A DNA stretch of 40,844 nucleotides from the sequence record DRR723986_2456; one strand, given 5' to 3'. The notes beneath the pieces were generated by a model that was not told where the DNA came from, ran no database searches, and saw only the letters and a program-made list of their open reading frames with translations. The position numbers and the translations under genes are program-made. Positions 1 to 9,236 of the stretch are shown here, piece after piece. The stretch's first letter is position 1, and each line of letters begins with the position of its first letter.

Positions 1-1638
1 TCCGGCGCGGCACTGAATCTCAAGATTTACGATATGGCCTTCCACCCCAGCAACGGCATGGTCTATGCCGTAGATAACCAAGGCGCACTTTGGAAGATAG
101 ATATTTCGAACAACACCGCTGAAAAGCTCGGCAATACCGGCGAATCAGGAACGTTTGGCGCCGCCTATTTCGACGTTGATGGCAACCTCTATATTTCCCG
201 CAACAACGATGGCCTCATCTTCCAAATTGACGTTTCACAAAGCACGCCGAAAGCCGTTCGCTTTGCCTCTGGCCCGGCCTCCAGCAACAACGATGGCGCC
301 CGATGTGCGCTGGCCCCTATCGTTACCAGCGGCATCGCCATTGCGGATTTCGGCAGCGCTCCGGACAGCTACGCTAGCTCGCTGCAAAACAACGGTGCCC
401 GCCATGCCAAGGGCAACGGCGAGCTATATCTGGGCGCGAGCATCAGCTACGAAGCCGACGCCAAGCTGTCCGAGCTAGGCAACGCGACAACCGAGAATGA
501 TGGCGTTGCCTTTCTTAATACGCCTCTGCGTGGGAAAAGCGCATTAGTGTCAGTTGAAAGCAGCGGCGCAGGTTTGCTCAGTGCCTGGGCGGATTGGAAT
601 GGCGACGGCAATTTCAGCGACGACGAACAGTGGTTGGTGGACCATCCAGTCGCGGCCGGAACGGCAATGCTCTCCTATACCGCCCCCACCGATGCAGCGA
701 TCGGTGAAAGCTGGATGCGCTTTCGCTTGAGTACCACACCCGGGCTGACCAGTCAGGGTGGTGCACCCGACGGCGAGGTGGAAGATTACGCCATTGAGAT
801 TGCTGAACAGCCCGCCACCACCATTTTTTACCCCGGTGAAAATGACCGCGCGACACTGGCCTTTGAGGATAATTGGCCGCTGATGGGCGACTACGATATG
901 AATGATGTAGTCATTCAATACCGCTTAGCCAAACGCCAACTCGGCGACTCGCTGACCCATATCGAGATAGAAGGGGAAGTGGTCGCCCATGGCGCGAGTT
1001 ACCACAATGGCTTTGCTTTCCGCCTTCCCGGACTTAACCGCGACGATGTTATCGAAGCGTTGAGCCACCTATCGATCAACGGCCTTCCACAAGCCAGCGT
1101 CATGGAGCCAGATCAAGATGACGCCATCGTGATCATCGCAGAGGATCTTCACCAATACACCACCCCGGGGGAAAACTGCCGCTACTACCGCACCGAGCCC
1201 GGCTGCGGTTCGAACATACAAATGCGTTTTAGTGCCACGATCACACTGCAAACAGGCGTGCCATCAGAGCGCCTTGGCGACTTCCCCTTCGACCCATTTC
1301 TTTTCGCCACGCCAGGCTACACAAGAAACTATCTGTTTGGAGAAGCACCGGGACGCCGCTTCGAAATTCATCTCAGAGGGATGGCCCCAACAAGCGCCTT
1401 TCAACAGAATTTTCTTGGCAGAGGTGACGACGCCAGCAATACCAACGTGTACTACGTCAACCAAAACAACATGCCCTGGGCAATGAACATACCGGCAAAA
1501 TGGGATTACCCCTCAGAGTACATGGACATTCACTACGCCTACCCCAAATTCCACGACCACATACGCTCGTCGGGAAAAGAACACCTGGACTGGTACAACC
1601 GTGAAAACGCCAACACCAAAAACATTTTCAACCGCTAA
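1..1638 (+). CDS. LruC (DUF4842)-domain protein with beta-propeller-like N-terminal part and GEVED domain; 5' end lies outside the window
   Basis: Frame is open from base 1 (SGAALNLKIYD before Met34). GEVED signature 'AWADWNGDGNFSDDE...RFRLS...GGAPDGEVEDY'; LruC signature 'TLAFEDNWPLMGDYDMNDVV' and C-terminal 'PWAMNIP...YP.E...I..AYP.F'. Confidence 0.85.
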   Translation, partial: SGAALNLKIYDMAFHPSNGMVYAVDNQGALWKIDISNNTAEKLGNTGESGTFGAAYFDVDGNLYISRNNDGLIFQIDVSQSTPKAVRFASGPASSNNDGARCALAPIVTSGIAIADFGSAPDSYASSLQNNGARHAKGNGELYLGASISYEADAKLSELGNATTENDGVAFLNTPLRGKSALVSVESSGAGLLSAWADWNGDGNFSDDEQWLVDHPVAAGTAMLSYTAPTDAAIGESWMRFRLSTTPGLTSQGGAPDGEVEDYAIEIAEQPATTIFYPGENDRATLAFEDNWPLMGDYDMNDVVIQYRLAKRQLGDSLTHIEIEGEVVAHGASYHNGFAFRLPGLNRDDVIEALSHLSINGLPQASVMEPDQDDAIVIIAEDLHQYTTPGENCRYYRTEPGCGSNIQMRFSATITLQTGVPSERLGDFPFDPFLFATPGYTRNYLFGEAPGRRFEIHLRGMAPTSAFQQNFLGRGDDASNTNVYYVNQNNMPWAMNIPAKWDYPSEYMDIHYAYPKFHDHIRSSGKEHLDWYNRENANTKNIFNR

Positions 1639-1665
1639 ACACGGCGACACACCGAGGTCATTATT

Positions 1666-2178
1666 ATGAGCAGCCACTCACTTATCGCACCACTCTGCCT
1701 TAGCCTTGCCATTACCGCCTGTGGTGGTGGAGGTGGTGGCGGCGGCGGTGGAAACAATACGGCAAGTACTGCCGACAGCGACAGCGCAAACATCACCCCA
1801 GCGCCCGTTCAGCAGCCCGTCGCTGTCGACGAACCGCAGCCGCCCGCGGAAACCACCGCCGATTTACAAGTGCCCGAGGGCTTTGATCTTCGCCAAGACT
1901 ACACACTGACCGTCACCAGTTACATTGGCGACAGCGGTGGCAATGAATTCCTGACTATTTGCCGCAACTACAGCGAAAATGCCGACGGCTTCGACGTCGA
2001 CTTAAAAAGCTGCCTATTGAAAACCTACGTCGCAGGAAACAGCGATTACACCGTGCAAGCTCGCAATACTGACGACACCTTGCTGGTGAGCATCTGGAAA
2101 CTCGATACCCCGGATCAAACCCAGCATCGCGTCTGGCAGCGGCAGTACCGCGATGAGGAATTTATTGAAATTCGCTAA
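1666..2178 (+). CDS. Hypothetical lipoprotein with Gly10 tether
   Basis: GAGG RBS upstream; hydrophobic signal ending in lipobox ITAC, then 10 Gly and a Pro/Ala/Thr linker; small C-terminal domain with two Cys. Confidence 0.8.
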   Translation: MSSHSLIAPLCLSLAITACGGGGGGGGGGNNTASTADSDSANITPAPVQQPVAVDEPQPPAETTADLQVPEGFDLRQDYTLTVTSYIGDSGGNEFLTICRNYSENADGFDVDLKSCLLKTYVAGNSDYTVQARNTDDTLLVSIWKLDTPDQTQHRVWQRQYRDEEFIEIR

Positions 2179-2219
2179 GGCCAGTCACCCCTACATGACA
2201 AAAAGTTATAGCACCGGCA

Positions 2220-2259
2220 CTTGAAGTATTTTTACACTATGGTGTAAAAATACTTCAAG
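2220..2259. promoter_or_regulatory. Perfect 18-bp inverted repeat (candidate operator or hairpin)
   Basis: CTTGAAGTATTTTTACAC-TATG-GTGTAAAAATACTTCAAG, about 70 bp upstream of the TBDR start. Confidence 0.7.
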
Positions 2260-2330
2260 GTAGAAAAACTACTTATAACAATAATTAAACGGCGGCGTAT
2301 TACAGCCCGCCAATTCGCCGGAGAGTCATC

Positions 2331-4940
2331 GTGGATTATTTTGCACGCCCTAGCCTCAGTGCTATCGCCGGGGGCATCGCCCTCGGCCTCAGTATTAGCC
2401 CGTTTGCCAACGCCGAGTCAGCCGCTGACAACACCTTACAAAAAGGTGTGCTGGAGGAAGTGCTGGTGACAGCGCGAAAGCGCAGCGAGAGTATGCAGGA
2501 CATCCCTATTGCCGTTACGGCAATTAGCGCCGACAGTCTCCGCGAGCGCGGCATTAGCAACACCAGCGAGTTAACCAAGTCGGTTCCCAGCCTCGAGATT
2601 CGCAAGGGCCAAGCCAATCAAATTTACATTCGCGGCATTGGTGAACGCACCGGTTTTGCCCGCGTTGATCCCACGGTAGGCGTGTATTTAGACGATTTAT
2701 TCCTACCCCGCTCAGACGGCCAGCTACTCGATACCGTCGACATCGCCAGCATTCAGGTATTGCGTGGCCCACAGGGAACCCTCTTCGGGAAAAACACCAC
2801 TGGTGGCGCCATGGTGGTCAGCCTGCAAAAGCCCGACGCCGAGCCCGCAGCGTATGTGGAAGCAGGCGTCGGCAACTACGCCCAGCGACGTTTGAAAGCC
2901 GGTGTAAACTGGCCTATCACTGATCACTTTTTCACCCGCGCGGCGATTAACATCACCAAAGACGATGGCTACTTCGAGAATGTCGCCACCGGCCAGAATA
3001 ACCCCACCAATGACCGCCAGTCACTGTTGCTGCAAACCCGCTGGGAAGCGAGTGAGCATTTCAGTCTGGATACCCAGGCATTTCTGGGGAAAATCCGCGA
3101 AAACCTCAGTGGTATCAACTGTTCTGTGCCCAGCCAGGAGGCCCTGTATATACAGGGCCTCTGGGTTGCCCACCCCGGCGACACGGATCCTGCAAATTTG
3201 CGGGCCTTTCAGGAAAACTGTGACGCCAACTCCCGGGAGCGCCTGGGCGATTTAAAATCGAACCAGGGTCCCAACCCGCGCTTGCAGAAGGATCTTGATA
3301 CCGCGCTGCTCGCGGCGACCGCTGACTGGCAGATCAGCGACACCCTGAGCCTGAAGTCCGTTATCGGCCTGCGCGGTGAAAAGGAAGGCCCAATACAGGC
3401 CAGCGATCCCGATGGCGGCCCCGCGCTGTGGAGTAGCTACATCAATACCGAGGACAGCGACCGGCGTTCCTACAGCTTTGAACTGCAGCTCAATGGTTCA
3501 GCCTTTGAACAACGCCTGCGCTATACCGCCGGCCTATTTGCCATGCAGGAAACCAACAGCGAGAATTTCACCGTCTCCAACAGTATTCGTGGCATCGACT
3601 CGCAGACCCTGGCAGAGCTTGCCCTCAGCCAGTCACCGACACGCCCCGTGCCGGGCGGCACCGTGCCCTTGGTCGGTTTTATCGGTGCCCCGCTGGTGGT
3701 TTCGGACTTCGAGTTGGAAAACACCACCCTCGCCGCCTTTACGCAAGCCTCCTTTGATATCAGCCAACAGCTAGAGCTCACACTGGGCTACCGCATAACC
3801 GAAGAGCACCGTCAGTCCGAGCTGACCACCACCGAGGCCGACATGGCGGCAATTGAGCAGCGCCTGCTCGGCAGCGGCCTGTTTGGTAACGGCACTAATA
3901 TCGGCGTGTTTGGCCCCAGTGCTGGCGGCTTTTTCCCCTACCTCGGCCCCCTGGGCTGGCGAGACGACCCAGTGAGCATTGCCGCTGCTCTGTTCCCGGA
4001 CGCCGACGGCGATGCGCTGCACGATTATCCCTTAGACCCGAATACCCGCCGCAAGGATATCGGCGACGAAACCTTTCGCCAGGCCACGCCAATGGTGTCA
4101 TTGGCCTACACACTGCCGGACCACTGGCTAGACGGAGAGTTGCTCAACAGCGCAATGTTTTACGCCACGTGGAGCCGCGGCTTTAAGTCGGGCTTTTTCG
4201 AGCCGCGGGGCGTCGACGGCCTGCAGCGGATCAACCCGGAGGTCGTCACCAATAACGAGATCGGCTTTAAGATCGATGCCTTTGAGCGCAGTGTTCGTAT
4301 TAACGGCGCGTTCTACCACATGGACTTTGACGACCAACAACTCATTGCCGTTGGCTCAGACTCGGCGCAGAACGTTGTTGTCGTATTCGGCAATGCCGGC
4401 CAGTCTGAAATACGCGGCGCGGAGCTGGAACTGTTATGGCTTCCCAGCTCGGCACTGCAAATTAACGCCAGCCTCAGCATCAATAACTATCGGTACATAG
4501 AATTCACCGAGCTGGACCTGCAGTCGGCCATCGTTGGCCAGGAAAAGTTCGTCGATCGCAGCAATGAGACCTTTCCTGTCTCCCCGGACAAGTCAGCCTC
4601 GCTTGGCGTGCAATACACCTGGTCCGGCGACATCGGCATAGTGACCTCTCGCCTCGACCTCAGCTACAAAAGCGACGTTTTCTACGGTTTTGACCCGGCA
4701 TCCTATGCCGCCTTCAAAGACTCACCGGAAAAGGCCGGCCAGCCCGCCTATGCACTGCTAGATGGCCGCCTGACCTGGCAAAACCCGGCCGGTGACTTAA
4801 GCGTATCGGCCTGGGCGAAGAACATCACCGACGAGCGATACCGCATCGGCGTCGTCGCCGTTGCCGACTCATCCGGCACCTATAACCAGGCCTGGGGCGA
4901 ACCCCGAATGTTCGGCCTGGATCTTCGACAATTGTTCTAA
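2331..4940 (+). CDS. TonB-dependent receptor
   Basis: Signal peptide, TonB box 'LEEVLVTARKR', plug motif 'IQVLRGPQGTLFGKNTTGGA', 'SRGFKSG', C-terminal 'GEPRMFGLDLRQLF'; GGAGAG RBS before GTG. Confidence 0.95.
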   Translation: MDYFARPSLSAIAGGIALGLSISPFANAESAADNTLQKGVLEEVLVTARKRSESMQDIPIAVTAISADSLRERGISNTSELTKSVPSLEIRKGQANQIYIRGIGERTGFARVDPTVGVYLDDLFLPRSDGQLLDTVDIASIQVLRGPQGTLFGKNTTGGAMVVSLQKPDAEPAAYVEAGVGNYAQRRLKAGVNWPITDHFFTRAAINITKDDGYFENVATGQNNPTNDRQSLLLQTRWEASEHFSLDTQAFLGKIRENLSGINCSVPSQEALYIQGLWVAHPGDTDPANLRAFQENCDANSRERLGDLKSNQGPNPRLQKDLDTALLAATADWQISDTLSLKSVIGLRGEKEGPIQASDPDGGPALWSSYINTEDSDRRSYSFELQLNGSAFEQRLRYTAGLFAMQETNSENFTVSNSIRGIDSQTLAELALSQSPTRPVPGGTVPLVGFIGAPLVVSDFELENTTLAAFTQASFDISQQLELTLGYRITEEHRQSELTTTEADMAAIEQRLLGSGLFGNGTNIGVFGPSAGGFFPYLGPLGWRDDPVSIAAALFPDADGDALHDYPLDPNTRRKDIGDETFRQATPMVSLAYTLPDHWLDGELLNSAMFYATWSRGFKSGFFEPRGVDGLQRINPEVVTNNEIGFKIDAFERSVRINGAFYHMDFDDQQLIAVGSDSAQNVVVVFGNAGQSEIRGAELELLWLPSSALQINASLSINNYRYIEFTELDLQSAIVGQEKFVDRSNETFPVSPDKSASLGVQYTWSGDIGIVTSRLDLSYKSDVFYGFDPASYAAFKDSPEKAGQPAYALLDGRLTWQNPAGDLSVSAWAKNITDERYRIGVVAVADSSGTYNQAWGEPRMFGLDLRQLF

Positions 4941-4976
4941 CACTGGCAACACACTATTTATAACAAGGAGAAAACC

Positions 4977-5855
4977 ATGCAAAGCTTCAAAGAAAAAGTC
5001 GTTGTCGTTACCGGCGGCGCCAGCGGCATTGGCCGCGCACTCGCCAATGCATTTTTAGAGGAAGGCGCCAAAGTGGTGATCTCCGACGTGGAGAAAACCG
5101 CACTGGATAAAACGGCAACCGAGTTAGCCGCCAAAGGGGGTGTGGTGCGCGCTGTTGTCACCGACGTATCCAAACCCGAGTCGGTCAATGCTCTGGCCGA
5201 TGCGGTGTTCAGCGAATTTGGTGCCTGCCACGTGCTGTGCAACAACGCCGGGGTTAGCGTGCCCAACAATAATGTGTGGGACACCACGCCCAACGACTGG
5301 CAGTGGGTATTAGGCGTGAATCTGCGCGGCATCGCCCACGGCGTTCAGGCCTTTGTGCCACGCATGCTGGAGTCCGGTGAAGAAGGCATTATTATGAACA
5401 CCAGCTCTGGGGACGGCGGCATTTCACCGCTGGCAGACCAATCTGTCTACGCCTCGAGCAAGGCCGGGGTGTCAATCATGACCGAGTGTCTAAACGCACA
5501 GCTTGTCGGCCAGGAAAGCAAATTGCGCGCCTGCATCTTCTATCCGTCCGGGGGTATCTTGCCAACGGGCATTTGGACCACGCGCCGCAACCGCCCCGCT
5601 GAGCTCGCGCGAGAAAAGCCTGCCCCCGAAGGCGCAGAAATGACCTTCGACGAGTTTATGGAGGGCATGAAGCAAATCGGCGTAGACCTGCCAGTACAAG
5701 ACCTGGACGAATTGGCACGGTTTGCTCTGGATGGGCTGCATCAGGGCGACTTTGTGATTATGATTGGCCGCGAGTCGATGGAAGACACACTGGTGGAGCG
5801 CGCGCGCAAACTCGCTCGTGGGGAATGCCCGATTGAGCACGGCTTGCACGCATAG
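4977..5855 (+). CDS. SDR family NAD(P)-dependent oxidoreductase
   Basis: TGGASGIG nucleotide-binding motif, NNAG, catalytic YASSK; AAGGAG RBS. Confidence 0.93.
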   Translation: MQSFKEKVVVVTGGASGIGRALANAFLEEGAKVVISDVEKTALDKTATELAAKGGVVRAVVTDVSKPESVNALADAVFSEFGACHVLCNNAGVSVPNNNVWDTTPNDWQWVLGVNLRGIAHGVQAFVPRMLESGEEGIIMNTSSGDGGISPLADQSVYASSKAGVSIMTECLNAQLVGQESKLRACIFYPSGGILPTGIWTTRRNRPAELAREKPAPEGAEMTFDEFMEGMKQIGVDLPVQDLDELARFALDGLHQGDFVIMIGRESMEDTLVERARKLARGECPIEHGLHA

Positions 5856-5951
5856 TTACTGAAACCACGCCCACCCCAGGTGTAAGAATGCCCCATGTGG
5901 ATGCGCCGCCGATGCGCCCACATGGGCAACCACAGCAACCGGGAGGGCGCC

Positions 5952-6818
5952 ATGTTAACGCGCGTAGAACACGATTTTGGCCGCGGCCCCGCGGCCTGGC
6001 TCCACGGCGGAAAGGGCGAGCAGCCGCTGCATTTCGCTGCCGCTAACGGCTTTCCCGTTGCCAGCTACCAGTTCTTTCTACGCCACTTTGCCGACGACTT
6101 TTCTCTGCTTGGCATGGAAAACCGCGGAGCCTGGCCGCATGCGCAGCCACCGCGAGGTTTTAACTGGCAAGATCACGCCGACGACCTGATTGCCTTTCTC
6201 GAGCACCAACAAACGGCCCCGGTCGTGGCACTGGGACATTCCATTGGCGCATCGGTAAGCGCCCTTGCCGCCGCGCGTCGGCCGGATTTATTCAAGGCAC
6301 TGGTGATGTACGACCCCGCCACATTGCCCGGTCGCCTACTGCCTAAGTTTCCAAAGCTGATTTCCCCGTGGGTCACACGCCATATCGGCCTCGTCAAACG
6401 CACACGCGGGCGGCGGCAACAGTGGACTGACCACCGCGAGTTCATCGACTATCACGCGCAAAAACCTATATATAAGCGCTTCTCTGAGCAGGCTTTTGTC
6501 GATTACGCCAACGCTGTACTTAGCCCCGTCGACGATGGTTACCAACTGAATTACTTACCGGCGTGGGAAGCACACAACTTCAGCCATGTTGACTCCCCCT
6601 GGCAGGCGTTGAAAACCATTAAGGTGCCAACGCTGTTGCTGCGCGCCGAGCACAGTTACCTCTACCCACCCAGCGTATTTGAGTTTCACGCGCGGCGGTG
6701 CTCGCCCTGCGTCGACCACTCGGTGATCGCAGGCGTCGGCCATATGGCCCTGCAAGAGGATGACGAACAGGTTGCCGCCATAACCCGGCGCTGGTTGAGC
6801 GAGCAACAATTGCTGTAG
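5952..6818 (+). CDS. Alpha/beta fold hydrolase
   Basis: GHSIG nucleophile elbow, 'HFAAANGF' oxyanion region, C-terminal GHM His; start moved to ATG 5952, which follows a GGGAGG RBS. Confidence 0.88.
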   Translation: MLTRVEHDFGRGPAAWLHGGKGEQPLHFAAANGFPVASYQFFLRHFADDFSLLGMENRGAWPHAQPPRGFNWQDHADDLIAFLEHQQTAPVVALGHSIGASVSALAAARRPDLFKALVMYDPATLPGRLLPKFPKLISPWVTRHIGLVKRTRGRRQQWTDHREFIDYHAQKPIYKRFSEQAFVDYANAVLSPVDDGYQLNYLPAWEAHNFSHVDSPWQALKTIKVPTLLLRAEHSYLYPPSVFEFHARRCSPCVDHSVIAGVGHMALQEDDEQVAAITRRWLSEQQLL

Positions 6819-6898
6819 ATCAACGCTGTCCGCACTTGGCATTCTTTTTATGGCGCCAGCCTTGCTACACTGAGCCACTTTCCACAGCGAGGTGAGCC

Positions 6899-8395
6899 AT
6901 GACGACCATCATTCCGCAGTTCATTAACGGCGAGTACCTGCCGGGACAATCCACTGAGTCGCAAAGCATTGTCGACCCCGCCACACAGCAGCACCTTGCC
7001 AAACTTCCCTACAGCAGCGAGGCCGATATTGAACGCGCTATTGAAGGCGCCGAAAAAGCCTTTGCATCGTGGCGGAAAGTGCCAGTACCCGAACGCGCAC
7101 GGCTGATGTTGCGCTATCAGCACCTGCTAAAAGCCCACCACGATGAACTGGCGGAAATTCTGGCCCAAGACAACGGCAAGACCTTTGAGGATGCCAAGGG
7201 CGATGTCTGGCGCGGCATTGAAGTTGTCGAGCAGGCCTGCAATATCCCCAGCTTACTGATGGGCGAAACCGTTGAGAATGTCGCCCGCGATGTCGACACC
7301 TACAGCATCACCCAGCCACTGGGAGTGTGCGTAGGCATTACGCCGTTTAATTTCCCGGCGATGATTCCACTGTGGATGTTCCCGCTGGCAATCGCCTGCG
7401 GAAATACCTTTATCCTCAAGCCCTCTGAACAAGTGCCAATGACCGCGCTGCGACTTGTTGAACTCTTTGAGGAGGCGGGCTGCCCATCAGGCGTATTGCA
7501 AATGGTTCACGGGGGCAAACAGCAGGTCGACGCCCTGCTTGATGCGCCACTGACCCGAGCGATTTCCTTTGTGGGATCGGTTCCCGTCGGTGAGCATATT
7601 TATCGCCGCGGTTGCCACCAGCTCAAACGCGTGCAGTGCATGGCCGGTGCGAAAAACCACATGGTGATCATGCCCGATGCCGACAAAAACACCGTGATCA
7701 ATAATTTGCTGGGCGCAGCTGTCGGCGCCGCGGGTCAGCGCTGCATGGCAATAAGCGTGGCGGTATTCGTGGGCGATGCGATTCAGTGGCTGGACGAACT
7801 TACTGAGAAACTCCGGGCAATTCGCCCCGGACATTGGAAAGATCCCGAGGCCGGCTACGGCCCCTTGATCAGCCCGGCAGCCAAACAGCGCGTGGAGGCC
7901 TTAATTGCCGCTGGCGTGGATGAGGGGGCAAACCTGAAACTCGACGGCCGCCAATGCCAGGTTGCGGACTTCCCCGACGGCAACTGGCTTGGCCCCACGG
8001 TATTTGCCGATGTCACCACCGACATGCGCATCTATCGGGAAGAAATTTTTGGCCCGGTACTGTGCGCCATGCAGGTCGCCAACCTCGACGAAGCGCTGGC
8101 ACTGGTCAACAGCAGCCCCTTTGGCAACGGCACGTCGATCTTCACCGCCTCTGGCGCCGCGGCTCGCCGCTACCAAAGCGAGGTTGAAGTGGGCCAGGTG
8201 GGTATTAATATTCCCATTCCCGTCCCGCTGCCGTTCTTTTCATTCACTGGTTGGAAGAAGTCATTCATGGGCGACCTGCATGCCTACGGCAAACAGGCGG
8301 TGCGCTTTTACACTGAGACGAAAACCATCACCGCGCGCTGGCCTGAAGACGACGCCAGCTCAAGCGCGCCGAATATGACCATTTCTCTGAAATAA
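6899..8395 (+). CDS. mmsA: CoA-acylating methylmalonate-semialdehyde dehydrogenase
   Basis: ALDH fold with '[16 protein letters not shown]', '[11 protein letters not shown]', catalytic 'GAAGQRCMA', 'EEIFGPV', 'GINIPIPVP'. Confidence 0.93.
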   Translation: MTTIIPQFINGEYLPGQSTESQSIVDPATQQHLAKLPYSSEADIERAIEGAEKAFASWRKVPVPERARLMLRYQHLLKAHHDELAEILAQDNGKTFEDAKGDVWRGIEVVEQACNIPSLLMGETVENVARDVDTYSITQPLGVCVGITPFNFPAMIPLWMFPLAIACGNTFILKPSEQVPMTALRLVELFEEAGCPSGVLQMVHGGKQQVDALLDAPLTRAISFVGSVPVGEHIYRRGCHQLKRVQCMAGAKNHMVIMPDADKNTVINNLLGAAVGAAGQRCMAISVAVFVGDAIQWLDELTEKLRAIRPGHWKDPEAGYGPLISPAAKQRVEALIAAGVDEGANLKLDGRQCQVADFPDGNWLGPTVFADVTTDMRIYREEIFGPVLCAMQVANLDEALALVNSSPFGNGTSIFTASGAAARRYQSEVEVGQVGINIPIPVPLPFFSFTGWKKSFMGDLHAYGKQAVRFYTETKTITARWPEDDASSSAPNMTISLK

Positions 8396-8400
8396 TTAGA

Positions 8401-8423
8401 GGGGTCGCCAAAAAGGCGGCCCC
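8401..8423. terminator. GC-rich hairpin between convergent mmsA and tetR
   Basis: GGGGTCGCC-AAAAA-GGCGGCCCC; U-tracts are weak on both strands. Confidence 0.55.
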
Positions 8424-8424
8424 G

Positions 8425-9027
8425 CTAAAACAAGATGAGCTTTACTTGATTTTCAAATTCAGCGAGCAGGCGATCGCCCTCGCTGGGTGAGTCCCGCGAT
8501 ACATCGAGAATGTCGGGGATCAAACTGAGGCCCAGTGAAATAATGGCGGCCACAGCGGCATACTTACTTTCGAGGTCAAAGCGCTCAAAGAGCCCACGCC
8601 GATGGAAGTCAGTCGCCATGTCCTCAACAATTTCCCGCACCTCATTGCGAATCGCACCTCGCAATAGCGAAGAACTCCCCGCCCGTTCTCTGGCGATCAA
8701 AATAAACAGCGGTTCATTGCCGCGAATATACCCAAACGCCGCCTGCACTGACGCCTCGATAACCGCTTCCTCTGACTCCGCGTCCCTGACGCTGCTCAAC
8801 ACCTCGCGCAGGGTGCTGCCCACTTCATTAACGAGCGCTAATCCCAGTTCCTCGACTGAGGAAAAGTGGCTGTAAAACGCCGGGGGACTCAAACCACAGG
8901 CCTTGGTGATTTGTCTCAGGCTGATACCAGACAAACCACTCTGATCTTCCGCCAAAAGGTTCAGGGCCGCATTCATCAACTTTTCCTTGTTCCCTTTGCG
9001 GCTCTGTTTGGGCTTGCTCTCGCTCAT
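8425..9027 (-). CDS. TetR family regulator, FabR/DesT-like
   Basis: N-terminal HTH 'ISLRQITKACGLSPPAFYSHFSSVEELGLALV'; 'ARERAGSS' resembles FabR-type C-terminal domains; GAGGAG RBS. Confidence 0.9.
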   Translation of the reverse strand: MSESKPKQSRKGNKEKLMNAALNLLAEDQSGLSGISLRQITKACGLSPPAFYSHFSSVEELGLALVNEVGSTLREVLSSVRDAESEEAVIEASVQAAFGYIRGNEPLFILIARERAGSSSLLRGAIRNEVREIVEDMATDFHRRGLFERFDLESKYAAVAAIISLGLSLIPDILDVSRDSPSEGDRLLAEFENQVKLILF

Positions 9028-9051
9028 TTTCTCCTCAACTTGGAACGCATT

Positions 9052-9065
9052 TTTACAAATGTTAA
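9052..9065. promoter_or_regulatory. Candidate TetR operator copy near the tetR start
   Basis: TTTACAAATGTTAA, a variant of the palindrome at 9201-9214. Confidence 0.5.
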
Positions 9066-9165
9066 CACCATCACACGACTAGCGCCCAACAACATTCACA
9101 CAAACCGTTGATAACACAACAAAAATAGCCCATTTCACGAAGCCACTAGTGCCTCGCATAAAATC

Positions 9166-9195
9166 TTGACACCCGTTAAGTTAATGAACTAAAGT
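9166..9195 (+). promoter_or_regulatory. Putative sigma70 promoter of alkB
   Basis: Consensus TTGACA (9166-9171), 18-bp spacer, TAAAGT (9190-9195); the -35 lies inside operator-like TTGACACCCGTTAA. Confidence 0.6.
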
Positions 9196-9200
9196 CCATC

Positions 9201-9214
9201 TTAACACATGTTAA
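9201..9214. promoter_or_regulatory. Candidate TetR operator at the predicted alkB transcription start
   Basis: 6-2-6 palindrome TTAACA-CA-TGTTAA just downstream of the -10 box. Confidence 0.65.
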
Positions 9215-9236
9215 CTTCAATGCGAGGCGATTTCGG

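Noticed and set aside
2220-2259. IS/MITE terminal repeats or an intrinsic terminator
   Set aside because: Arms only 4 bp apart, no transposase or target duplication, AT-rich stem with no U-tail.
9118-9125. AACAAAAA as an Hfq/Crc site for alkB
   Set aside because: Lies upstream of the predicted alkB promoter, so it is probably not in the mRNA.
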